Position numbers and translations under genes: made by a program. The notes under the pieces were generated by a model. It did no database searches and was not told the origin of the DNA. It saw only the letters and a program-made list of their open reading frames with translations. A DNA stretch of 59,932 bases from Rhizobium sp. Q54 (GTDB lineage: Bacteria > Pseudomonadota > Alphaproteobacteria > Rickettsiales > UBA1997): positions 1 to 59,932 of the forward strand of contig CAMBXE010000003.1 in assembly GCA_945871805.1 (NCBI GenBank), read 5' to 3'. Of this stretch, positions 28,008 to 37,600 are shown piece after piece. The first letter of the stretch is position 1. Every line of letters begins with the position of its first letter.

Positions 28008-29066
28008 ATGCTTCACAAATTTTTCAGCACAGTTTTTTTAGTTTTTTTAGCGACGCAAAATAGCAGCGCTTTTGAATGGTCGAAAGAGCGCCCAATTCAC
28101 ATTGTTGGCTCGTCAACGATTTCACCATTTTTGACCGCGGTTTCGGAAGAGTTTGCTCGGGTGCAAGATTTAAAAAATCTCAAAACTCCAACACCATTTG
28201 TTGAATCAACTGGAACGACGAACGGCTTTAGAATTTTTTGTGCAGGGGCTGGTTTAGATTTTCCTGATTTCATTAACGCCTCGCGCCCAATCAAAGAAGA
28301 AGAGGAAGAAAATTGTAGTCACAATGGCGTGAAGAATCTTGTCGAAATCAAGATCGGTTACGACGGAATTGTTTTTGGCAATTTTATTAAAAATAAAAAA
28401 ATTCAGCTCACGCAGGAGCAAATTTTTTTGGCCCTAGCGGAAAAAGTTCCAGAAAATATTCGCGACAAAAAAAGCAAAAAATTGGTGAAGAATTTCTACG
28501 AAACTTGGAACCAAATCGACCCAACTTTACCAAAAAGAAAAATTCTCATCTACGGCCCGCCTCTAACCTCGGGAACGCGTGAAGTTTTTTCTGACATTGT
28601 CCTGGAAGAGGTTTGTTTTCGCAAAAAAGAATTCGTCGAAAATTACCCAGATTACGAATCGCGAAAGAAGCAGTGTAGTGCTTTTAGAAAGGACGGAAAG
28701 TTTGTTGAATCGGGCGAAAATGACCACGTGATTATTGAAAATCTGAAGAGTCACCCCGACGCTTTTGGAATTTTTGGATTTAATTTTTTAATCGAAAATC
28801 AAAAAACTATTCAAGCAGTTGCGATCGCCGGAACTTTGCCAAGCTACAAAAACATTGCCTCTAGGCAGTACAAACTTTCCCGTCCGCTTTTTGTTTATTT
28901 CAACAAAGAGCATCTGAATTTAATTTCGCCAATGCGTGATTTTGTGCGAGAAATTATTAGCGACGAGACAATCGGCGACAAAGGTTACTTGGTGAATAGC
29001 GGCCTTGTGCCCTTGAGCGACGCTGAGTTGGGCGAGGTTAGAGAAAGTATTTTACCCCAACTCTAA
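28008..29066 (+). CDS. pstS: Phosphate ABC transporter substrate-binding protein (no adjacent pstCAB)
   Basis: VGSSTISP, VESTGT..GF..FC, NASRPIK, GPPLTSGTR, SRPLFVY. Confidence 0.8.
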   Translation: MLHKFFSTVFLVFLATQNSSAFEWSKERPIHIVGSSTISPFLTAVSEEFARVQDLKNLKTPTPFVESTGTTNGFRIFCAGAGLDFPDFINASRPIKEEEEENCSHNGVKNLVEIKIGYDGIVFGNFIKNKKIQLTQEQIFLALAEKVPENIRDKKSKKLVKNFYETWNQIDPTLPKRKILIYGPPLTSGTREVFSDIVLEEVCFRKKEFVENYPDYESRKKQCSAFRKDGKFVESGENDHVIIENLKSHPDAFGIFGFNFLIENQKTIQAVAIAGTLPSYKNIASRQYKLSRPLFVYFNKEHLNLISPMRDFVREIISDETIGDKGYLVNSGLVPLSDAELGEVRESILPQL

Positions 29067-29654
29067 ATGAAAATTACTCGCCTAGCTCTAGTTTTGATTT
29101 TGTTTTTACAGACCTCTTGCGTCACTCAGGCATTGTGGGGAGACAAGAGTTACGAAGAAAAAATTAATCAGTTTTTTGTCGGATCGGACGGAAGATACGT
29201 GGTGCTAGTTGGTGAAAAATACCACTACATTTTCGCCGATAATTCAGGGATTTTAAAAGTGATTTTATCTTCAGGAAAAAATAATGCCCTGGTCATTAAG
29301 TCAGATCAGAGCTACCTCAAATTAAGTTCAGAAAATGAAGTAAAAGGTGATTTGGTAATGGGCGGGCCAGCTAGCTTACTTTCGGGTGAAGAGTTGCAAA
29401 ACCTTGATCGCCTAGGAGTAAGGCCGAATGCAAATGGTGACGTTAAGGTTTACATTAATCTTTCCGGTCGAAGATACGCCGCAAAATATTTGGGCGAGGG
29501 TTTGTCTAGATCGAATACTGCGCAAGTAATCAAGATTTATTACCTTGATTCTAACCTGGTAAAAAATGTTGGGAAAGTTGCAGTGACCCCAATTGCCGTA
29601 GGTTTGGACGCGGTGTTGTTGATTGGCAAAGTTGTGCTTCTTGCTCTTGATTAG
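29067..29654 (+). CDS. Hypothetical lipoprotein
   Basis: 195-aa ORF with a lipobox-like QTSC after a hydrophobic N-terminus; abuts the pstS stop. Confidence 0.6.
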   Translation: MKITRLALVLILFLQTSCVTQALWGDKSYEEKINQFFVGSDGRYVVLVGEKYHYIFADNSGILKVILSSGKNNALVIKSDQSYLKLSSENEVKGDLVMGGPASLLSGEELQNLDRLGVRPNANGDVKVYINLSGRRYAAKYLGEGLSRSNTAQVIKIYYLDSNLVKNVGKVAVTPIAVGLDAVLLIGKVVLLALD

Positions 29655-29680
29655 ATATTTTTTATCTCCTCCGCCTTTTC

Positions 29681-29697
29681 AACCCAGATCCGTCATT
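29681..29697. repeat. Solo terminal fragment of the family-C element (AACCCAGATCCGTCATT)
   Basis: 17-nt exact match to the termini at 44535 and 51535. Confidence 0.75.
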
Positions 29698-29731
29698 CTT
29701 CAAGTTCTGGCGACTTGGGAGGGTTTAGATT

Positions 29732-30643
29732 TTAGTAAGGTTCAACCAACCCACGGTCGAGCAACAGTTGATTCAAATATTCCCCACCCTCTGCCACTTC
29801 CTTCTCACTGCCTTCGCCAAAAAATACGTCAGCAATGTAACGACCGTAAATATCAGTTTTGTTGGTTTTGACGATTAAAAAAGGCGCGTCTTTTAGAATT
29901 TTTTTCAGCGCCGCCGTGGCTTTTTTTCCGTCGGAAGTTTCCGCCTCTGCCGCATTAATTTTCGCAAGTCTCAAAATCTCCCGGTGCTTAATTCCAAATC
30001 CTAAATCAAGTTTTACGTGGATTGTGTCGCCGTCGACGATTCGCTCTAATTCAGCTTTGTAAGTGTATTCACCACCTTTGGATTCTCGAACTTGTTGAAG
30101 ATTGGCGAAAGATTTCTCGAGGAAAATATTGAAACCCAAATCGATTTCGCCGGATTTGGTGAATGTGTAGGTGGAAATTTTTCCGCGAGTTACGCGGAGT
30201 TTTGTCGTTAAATTTTTCTTCTTAATTTTTTTTGTCGCACCAATCCTTTGTTGTAATTTGTCGGTACCAAGATTTTTTTCGATTACTAAGCCTTCAAGTT
30301 GGGCGCGGGTTTCGGCGTCTTTTACGGAAATTAGATTTCGGTAGTGGCTCCAGCTTAGGGCTTTTTCTTCGCTCGGTAATTTTGGGTAGGTTTTGTAGAA
30401 GCTGTGCATTTTGTACAAAGTTTTTTTCGGAATTGTGACGTCGTTAGTCAGTTTGTTAAAAAACTCTTCTCCGTATCCAGCGCGTTTATTTTCTTTTAAA
30501 TGCGATTCGATTTCTTTGCCAATCTCCCAACTCATTACGACCTTTTCTCGATTCAAATCTCGTACAAGATTTTGCTTCGTTTGCGCGATTGTTTTTTGAA
30601 TTTTGACGAGAAGTTTTTTGTAATTTTGTGAGATAATTTCCAC
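29732..30643 (-). CDS. DUF1016 N-terminal domain-thermonuclease fusion, copy 2
   Basis: Same motifs as 6767-7675 (WEIGK, SFYKTYP, LSWSHY; IVDGDTI, DIYGRYIA); GTG start. Confidence 0.8.
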   Translation of the reverse strand: MEIISQNYKKLLVKIQKTIAQTKQNLVRDLNREKVVMSWEIGKEIESHLKENKRAGYGEEFFNKLTNDVTIPKKTLYKMHSFYKTYPKLPSEEKALSWSHYRNLISVKDAETRAQLEGLVIEKNLGTDKLQQRIGATKKIKKKNLTTKLRVTRGKISTYTFTKSGEIDLGFNIFLEKSFANLQQVRESKGGEYTYKAELERIVDGDTIHVKLDLGFGIKHREILRLAKINAAEAETSDGKKATAALKKILKDAPFLIVKTNKTDIYGRYIADVFFGEGSEKEVAEGGEYLNQLLLDRGLVEPY

Positions 30644-30832
30644 CTGGCTTGAGAGTTTGATTTTAAAGGGCTGAAAAGGATTTTGTTTGAATTGTCGACT
30701 TAAGTCGACAATTCACTTATTTAAGCAAGTAAAAAATAAATATGAGACTTGAGTAAAGGTTTTTCGTGCTGTTATTTTTTGGGCTTGCTAAAAATTAAAA
30801 TTCTTCAACGGCTCAAAATAATTTCCTTAAAA

Positions 30833-32215
30833 ATGGCAGAAAAAAATACTCAATCGATTCTGGAGTCGATCAAAAAAAAGCTGAATAAATTTGATCAAAA
30901 AACGGCAAATAAAATGTCTAATCTTGACGATGAATTTGATTACGTTGCGTCAGCAAAAAAAGAAGGAGAGGGTCGTTACGAATCAGTTCTTTCTCAGGCT
31001 GCTGAGTCAGAGCAAGTTTCTGAGCTGGCACAAGATTCGCAGTCGGAAATTAACAAAGAAAATCCTGCTTTAGAAAATCTTGATTTGGACGATGAATCTA
31101 GCATTAAGCCAATAATGGAAGAGGTTGCCGCTGGTTCACAAAATACAGATTCTTACGAAGAATTCGAAGAAGAGGACCTAGAAGATTTTGAAGATGAAGT
31201 CGATTTTGCAGAGGATGAAGACGATCTTTTAGAAGGTGATTTTTTAGAAGATGAATTCGCAGAAGAGCTCGAAGAAATGCGTGCGAAAGCGTCGATTGAA
31301 ACAGAAGAGAATGACGATTTAAATTTCGGTGAACTTACCCAGTCAGAATCCAAAGTAGAAGAAGAGAGCAAAGAGCCTTTAGTCGAAGAAGAAGAGAGTG
31401 ACGAATTAAATTTTGACGAACTTACTCAAGCAGAATCTGAGGCGGAGGTAAACCAAAAAGAGCTGGTAACTGAAGAAGAAGAGGAAGACGAGGATTTAAA
31501 TTTTACTGAACTTACTGAGGCTAAACCTGCAGAGGTGAAGCAGAAAGAGCCGGTGACTGTAGAAGAGGAAGAAGATGACGATGATTTAGATTTTGACGAT
31601 CTTGAATTTGAAGAAGAGGCTAGAAAAGAGCAGTCACAAAAAGCGGTAGAGCAGCCGGCTGAGCAAGATCCTCACGATGATGAGCTCGACGAATTGGAGC
31701 GCGAGATTCAGAAGTTAAAAGAAACGGCGAAAGAAGAGTCTCCGAAAGAGGCGCACCTTGAGCTTGAAGACGAGTTGCTGGGCATTAAGCCGGCAGAAGT
31801 TGTCGCGTCGGTTGTTGCGCCTGTGCCCCTAGCGCCAGAGCCAGAGCGGGCAGCAGTTCCGCAAGAAGCGCCGTCGCCGCCCAAAGTGGAACTGGATAAT
31901 TTTTCTTCTTTCCCAGAATTGCCGCCAATTCAAGTGCAAGCTGCGCAAGAAATTTCTAACACTCAAATCTTTGAGCGAAGAGGCGTGGCGCTTGACGAAG
32001 CGACTGTAAAACAAACAACAGAATCGGTTAAAAAATTACTCGACGCCAGAAATGTTGTTTCGGGAATCGCTAATTTTTCACAAAGCCCAATACTTGCAGA
32101 GCTAGCAATGCAGATGCTTGAGCCCAAGCTAGAAAAATGGCTGAATGAAAACTTGTCGCAAATGGTTGAGACCGTTGTGCGCGAGGAAATTAAGAAAATT
32201 ATTTCGAAGGAATAG
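30833..32215 (+). CDS. popZ: PopZ-like polar organiser (DUF2497) with a greatly expanded acidic linker
   Basis: N-terminal helix QSILESIKKKL; C-terminal ELAMQMLEPKLEKWLNENLSQMVETVVREEIKKI; start moved to ATG 30833. Confidence 0.72.
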   Translation: MAEKNTQSILESIKKKLNKFDQKTANKMSNLDDEFDYVASAKKEGEGRYESVLSQAAESEQVSELAQDSQSEINKENPALENLDLDDESSIKPIMEEVAAGSQNTDSYEEFEEEDLEDFEDEVDFAEDEDDLLEGDFLEDEFAEELEEMRAKASIETEENDDLNFGELTQSESKVEEESKEPLVEEEESDELNFDELTQAESEAEVNQKELVTEEEEEDEDLNFTELTEAKPAEVKQKEPVTVEEEEDDDDLDFDDLEFEEEARKEQSQKAVEQPAEQDPHDDELDELEREIQKLKETAKEESPKEAHLELEDELLGIKPAEVVASVVAPVPLAPEPERAAVPQEAPSPPKVELDNFSSFPELPPIQVQAAQEISNTQIFERRGVALDEATVKQTTESVKKLLDARNVVSGIANFSQSPILAELAMQMLEPKLEKWLNENLSQMVETVVREEIKKIISKE

Positions 32216-32244
32216 CGCTGAATTCCTGTGAAAACTTTTGCCAG

Positions 32245-32306
32245 TTGAGCGAAGTCGAAACTAAAAAAGTTCGGCGCAAATCTTTTTTCGTTTCGACTTC
32301 GCTCAA
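32245..32306. repeat. Palindromic element related to family D (TTGAGCGAAGTCGAAAC ... GTTTCGACTTCGCTCAA)
   Basis: Perfect 17-bp inverted arms, intergenic between popZ and cysK. Confidence 0.85.
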
Positions 32307-32345
32307 TCGAGGAAAAGATTAGATCAACCCAACAAAAATCAAAAA

Positions 32346-33278
32346 ATGAAAATCGCAAAAAATCTTGCCGAATTAATTGGCAATACGCCACTCGTGCAAA
32401 TCAATCGTCTTAATAATTCGCAGGCACAAGTTGTGGCGAAGTTGGAATATTTTAATCCTGCTAATTCGGTGAAAGATCGAATTGGTGTAAACATGATTGA
32501 GACCGCAGAGAAGCAGGGTTTGATTACGGCGGGCAAGACTGTTTTGATTGAGCCAACTTCGGGAAATACCGGAATTGCTTTGGCTTTTGTGGCGGCGATT
32601 AAGGGTTACCGGCTCATTCTAACAATGCCGGAAACGATGTCGATTGAGCGCAGAAAATTGCTAAAAATTTACGGCGCGGAAGTGGTTTTAACAGAAGGTT
32701 TGAAGGGGATGAGAGGCGCAATTGCTAAGGCGGAAGAGTTGAAAGCAGAAATAAAAGATTCGGTAATTTTACAGCAATTTTCAAATCAGGCGAATGTTGA
32801 AATTCACCAAAGAACTACCGCGGAAGAAATTTGGCGCGACACGGACGGCAAGATTGATATTTTGGTCTCGGGCGTTGGTACTGGTGGCACGATCACTGGT
32901 ATTGCTTCGGTGTTAAAACAAAGAAATCCGAATTTTAAAGTGATTGCGGTTGAGCCGGAAGCGAGTCCGGTTTTATCGGGAGGGCAGGCTGGTCCGCACA
33001 AAATTCAAGGAATTGGCGCGGGATTTATTCCGGCAATTTTGGACGTAAAATTAATCGACGAAGTGTTTTTAGTTTCTAACGACAATGCACTTGAAACCGC
33101 GCGGGCCATGGCTTTGAAAGAGGGAATTCTTGGTGGAATTTCTTCCGGCGCTGCTGCTTACGCGGCGCTTGAAATTGCCAAGAGACCAGAAAATGCCGGG
33201 AAGTTAATTGTCTTTATTTTGCCTTCTTGCGGAGAGAGATATTTGTCTACGGCACTGTTTGAACACATTGCTGCATGA
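32346..33278 (+). CDS. cysK: Cysteine synthase A
   Basis: [43 protein letters not shown]. Confidence 0.97.
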   Translation: MKIAKNLAELIGNTPLVQINRLNNSQAQVVAKLEYFNPANSVKDRIGVNMIETAEKQGLITAGKTVLIEPTSGNTGIALAFVAAIKGYRLILTMPETMSIERRKLLKIYGAEVVLTEGLKGMRGAIAKAEELKAEIKDSVILQQFSNQANVEIHQRTTAEEIWRDTDGKIDILVSGVGTGGTITGIASVLKQRNPNFKVIAVEPEASPVLSGGQAGPHKIQGIGAGFIPAILDVKLIDEVFLVSNDNALETARAMALKEGILGGISSGAAAYAALEIAKRPENAGKLIVFILPSCGERYLSTALFEHIAA

Positions 33279-33775
33279 AAATCGAATTTTTAGAAAATAT
33301 TAAAAAAAACGATCCGGCGGCGAAGAGTTATTTGGAAATAATTTTGTGCTACCCAGGAGCTCACGCGGTGTTTTTTCATCGGATTGCGCATTTTTTGGAG
33401 GGGCTGGGAGTACCGGTTTTACCTCGCTTTATCGCGCATGTGAGTCGAATTTTAACTGGGATTGAAATTCATCCAAAAGTTAAAATTGGTAAAAATTTTT
33501 TTATTGATCACGGCTTCGGCGTGGTGATTGGCGAGACTTGCGAAATTGGGAATAATGTGACGATTTACCAAGGCGTAACTCTGGGAGGAAGATCGACAAA
33601 AAAAATGAAGCGTCATCCAACAATTTGTGACGAGGTGATGATTGGCGCTGGTGCGAAAATTCTTGGCCCGATTGTGATTGGCAAAGGTGCCAAAATTGGC
33701 GCGGGAGCGATTGTGATTAAAGATCTCGAGAGCAACAAGGTAATGGTGGCGGATGTGGCGAAGGAGATGAATTAG
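33275..33775 (+). CDS. cysE: Serine O-acetyltransferase
   Basis: [36 protein letters not shown]. Confidence 0.93.
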   Translation: MKIEFLENIKKNDPAAKSYLEIILCYPGAHAVFFHRIAHFLEGLGVPVLPRFIAHVSRILTGIEIHPKVKIGKNFFIDHGFGVVIGETCEIGNNVTIYQGVTLGGRSTKKMKRHPTICDEVMIGAGAKILGPIVIGKGAKIGAGAIVIKDLESNKVMVADVAKEMN

Positions 33776-33800
33776 ATTTGAGTGTTTGTGTTATTCTTAC

Positions 33801-33840
33801 TCGTCACGTCATCCCCGTCTTCGCGGGGATGACGTGACGA
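33801..33840. repeat. Family-B single hairpin (17-bp perfect stem) between convergent genes; likely also a terminator
   Basis: TCGTCACGTCATCCCCG-TCTTCG-CGGGGATGACGTGACGA. Confidence 0.9.
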
Positions 33841-33853
33841 GATCGAGCAAAAA

Positions 33854-34558
33854 TTACTTAACGTCTAAACCAATCTTCAGCTGACAAAACGGACTCTTCA
33901 CGTCGACGTTATATTTGTCATTTTTTACACAGCCTTCGTTTGCAGGAAGATTCAAACTATCTCCGCCAGCAGCAGTTACGCGGCCTTTTTGCGGATTGCT
34001 GTCGTCAATTTTTTTATCGAAATAAAGAGCGTCTTTGGCAGTGACGCTGCGATTGCCAGTGAAGATGCGTTCGATGTTGGCGAACTTAAATCCTACTTGG
34101 TAAAAATTTTTCCCTTCAGCGCCAAAAACAATAATTCCGTTATTTTCTCCGAGCTTACTGATTGGGAAAGTTTTGCCGAATCTTACTAACTGATTTTCTG
34201 CGCCGTCGTAATTTTCATCGAGCATTTTTGATTGTGATAAATGAAGCCAAAAATTGGTGATTTCGCCATTGGCTTGCGTGATTTCCAGAGTTTGATTGGT
34301 GATAATTCCGTTATTGTCTCCGTCAGTATTTTCAGGCGAGAGGTTTTGATTAATTGTGTTTCTTACATCTCCGGGAAGTGCGTGATATTGGCTGCGAAAT
34401 CCTGCGATTGCTTGATCGTATTTTTGAATTTGTGCGACTAATCCTCGCGCGTCACTTGTGCCTGCAATCATTTGCGCTGCAAAAATTCCGGCGGCGGCAA
34501 CGGCGATTACACAAATTATCATTGCGATTTCGATGAGGGTGAATGCTTTACGATTCAT
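33854..34558 (-). CDS. Prepilin-type N-terminal cleavage/methylation protein
   Basis: KAFTLIEIAMIICVI; Y.ALPGD, DKKIDD.NP..G motifs. Confidence 0.78.
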   Translation of the reverse strand: MNRKAFTLIEIAMIICVIAVAAAGIFAAQMIAGTSDARGLVAQIQKYDQAIAGFRSQYHALPGDVRNTINQNLSPENTDGDNNGIITNQTLEITQANGEITNFWLHLSQSKMLDENYDGAENQLVRFGKTFPISKLGENNGIIVFGAEGKNFYQVGFKFANIERIFTGNRSVTAKDALYFDKKIDDSNPQKGRVTAAGGDSLNLPANEGCVKNDKYNVDVKSPFCQLKIGLDVK

Positions 34559-34659
34559 AATTTAAGCAATTTAAGTTACGGAAATGAGTTGATTAACTTC
34601 GAAGCATTTTTAGAAAACAACCGCGTTTTTTTTAATCCCTTCCAAGCAAGAATACCTTA

Positions 34660-37600
34660 GTGTTAACACAGAATTCGCTCACACAAAATCTTGTCAGATT
34701 TTCTTTGATTTCTCTTGTTTTGCTTGTGCTTTTTTCCTGCACAGATTCTGGATGTATTGATGCCGATGATTTTGGGGAATATGAATCGCAAACTATCATA
34801 GTCACTGCAAATGCTGGGCAAGATGCGTGTTCGTACAACGCGGCATTATCAATAATTGATAGCACTCAAGGCTCTGGTATTAAGTCTTGCCTTACTCGGG
34901 GCACAACAACTGCAACGAATGGGAATGGCGTTTCGGAAAGCAGCACTACAGGATGCTACGGCCTCTCCTCCGGAGAATTTCAAACTATTTGCATAAGTGG
35001 TTGCGTGCAAACATGTCTTTCAGCGGTTGGCAGCGCTAGTTCTGCAGGTGCTGAGCCGGCATGGAATTCAACCGACAAAAAAGGAGCTGGTCAAAATTCT
35101 GGCGTTACAATCAAGCCTGGCTCGCAAATTATTGTTCGAGCCGTTGGCTCAATTTCCTTGGGTAGATCAATAGACTACCCGTCTCTTTATTTGATGGCGA
35201 ATAATCCTCGGTCTCACTCTTACAACTCGTCTTGGCAAAATAATTTTTTTGATGTTCGTTCGGGGCAATCGCTAGGAATTAATTTTAGTGGTTTGGTTTA
35301 TCAAGGCGGTAATGGCACTACGTTGCCACTCGGTCAAACTGCCGATGTTGCCGCGCATCCGGAATATCTAAACAATCTCGCCAGAAAATTAGTGGTTTAT
35401 ACCATTCCTCATCCAGAAAATTACGGTGGTTTTGATATAAATAAAACTACGGAAAAAGAGGGTTCGATAACAGTTCCTCTTTGGCCAGATCCGCAGGCGT
35501 GGCAATGCTCTTACAGTGGAACAAGTTTATTGGAATCAACCTGTGGCAATGCATCTTATCGGGGTATTGGTTACAGCAATGTTGTTGATAAAGCGGCCGA
35601 TTCAACATTTCCGATTACTTCCGCGTTGCAATCCTCAATACTCACACAATATGGCGGGGTTATTAGGCGGAATGGAGACGGTTTAAATACCGGCACTTAT
35701 GATCCTTTTGCGGTTACGGCGAATAATGTGATTTGCAATGGAGCCAATGGATCTTGCACAAATATCGCCAACGTTCCAGTAAATCAGGGCCAAATTATTG
35801 GCGACCTCTCTTCTGCAAGTATCGATATTACCAACAGTAACAGCGATGCTTTTAAAGTTTCTTTTCGTTCGTTAACGGGAGATGTGGGATGTGGTTCTTC
35901 CGCTACGCCTCTCATGCTTAGCGTATCTGTTTTGGATTCCCAGAGTAATCCCCTCTACTCCTACAGCTCATCTGTAATAAACACATCTTGGACAAATACC
36001 GTCATAAATCTTGAGTCTGGTCAAAAATTACGCATCGCTACAAATGCAACTAAACACTTTGGAACTGGAGTAAATTGTGGACGAGTTATTGGGATCAGAT
36101 ATTTGAAATATCATGATCTTATCATGCAGCAATCTGGCTTCTTAAGGTTTGCTACTCTCGGCGCACCAGCACAAGCGGGGGGAACAACGTGCACAATCAA
36201 AGGAAGAATAATTAATCCGAGTGGAAGCCACGTAGATAACGGCACATACGGCGCAGATTTTTATGAATATTTGTCGGTAGATCCAATGGCGGCTGGTTTG
36301 TCGGTTCCGTTTTTAGTAAATGGCTCGACTGGTTCGAATTGGGCGCCTGGCATCGGAGCTAGCACAACTCAGGTTTACGTGCGCAAAGGACAAAAAATCC
36401 GCTTCGATCCCGACAGTTGGAATAATACATGGACCTCTTCTGCCGGAGCGAGACAGTGCGGTATCGGCATGACAATGACGATTGATCCGCGTCCGGCATT
36501 ACTTTGTCGTGGTAAGACGAGTGAGATGATGCCTAATCCCAGTTCTGACTGCATTCCAGATATCAATAGTAGCGGTGTTTTAATAGGTTGTCAGGCGTTA
36601 GCGACGAAAGATTGTTCGGATGAAAGTGGTGCGTCTTATTGCCCTGTTGCAGCTTGCGCAGAAACCGTGACATGTTCTGGTAATGGCGTTTCTCCTGACT
36701 ACACAAAAACATCATGTGCGCTCGGCACCGGAGCTTTTTCCGTTGATAGCTGCATTAACTTAAGTTCAAGTAAATGCACCAGTTGTTCAAACAAAAAGCT
36801 CGCTAATGCCAAGTTGCCAGCCATGGTCAGCGTTACAGGAATAGATCAATGCTACGATTTAGAAAATTACACGGGCAAGGCTGAAAATATTCCTCCAAAC
36901 CCATTAACAGACCCATTATCAATAGAAAATGTAAATGATTTTCTTAATGATCCGCTAAAGGCTAAGGGCGCAGTAAAGCTTAATGGGTTTAATGGCAATT
37001 ACGGCAACATCTCTAGTTTTTCAGATACCGGAACTTCGTCTGTCGACAAAAAAGTATATCGGGCTAACTCTCAATATTTCATCAATAGCGATTCGCGACT
37101 TCGCCTCATTGTGCTCGACGGCAATGTAATGAGTAATATTTGGGGATCTTACTCAGATAACACCAGCCCCACCGTAAGTTATAACGGTAATAACGGTATA
37201 AAAATTGGTTTTTCAGGTGGCCTAGAATTTAAGAATGGGACATGGCTGCAGATGCAGCTCTGTAAAGAAAGTTCAAATAGTAACAGCAGTCTAAGTTATG
37301 ATTGTAAAAGCGTAAGCACTCCTACGGATTTTGCCGCAAGTGCTAATCAGCCTGAATTAGTTAATATTACCCTCCCATCGCCCTCTACCCCAATTGGTTC
37401 TTCACCTAGCTTGACAGGCAATTATGCTTTTGATTCCAGCGGCAATCTCTATCGAATTAATCCTGGTTCGGTTGCCGGCGATTGTACTCTTGCGACTCAG
37501 GGCCTTCAAAATAGTGCGGGCTCGATGTTTTACTGCCACACTTACGAATATTATTCTGAGGCTGGTTTTGCAGCTTTAACTCAAAATGGCAGAGATAGCT

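Noticed and set aside
31963-32391. 142-aa minus-strand ORF and the many other short antisense ORFs in the track
   Set aside because: They overlap well-supported genes on the opposite strand or in another frame and show no recognisable motifs
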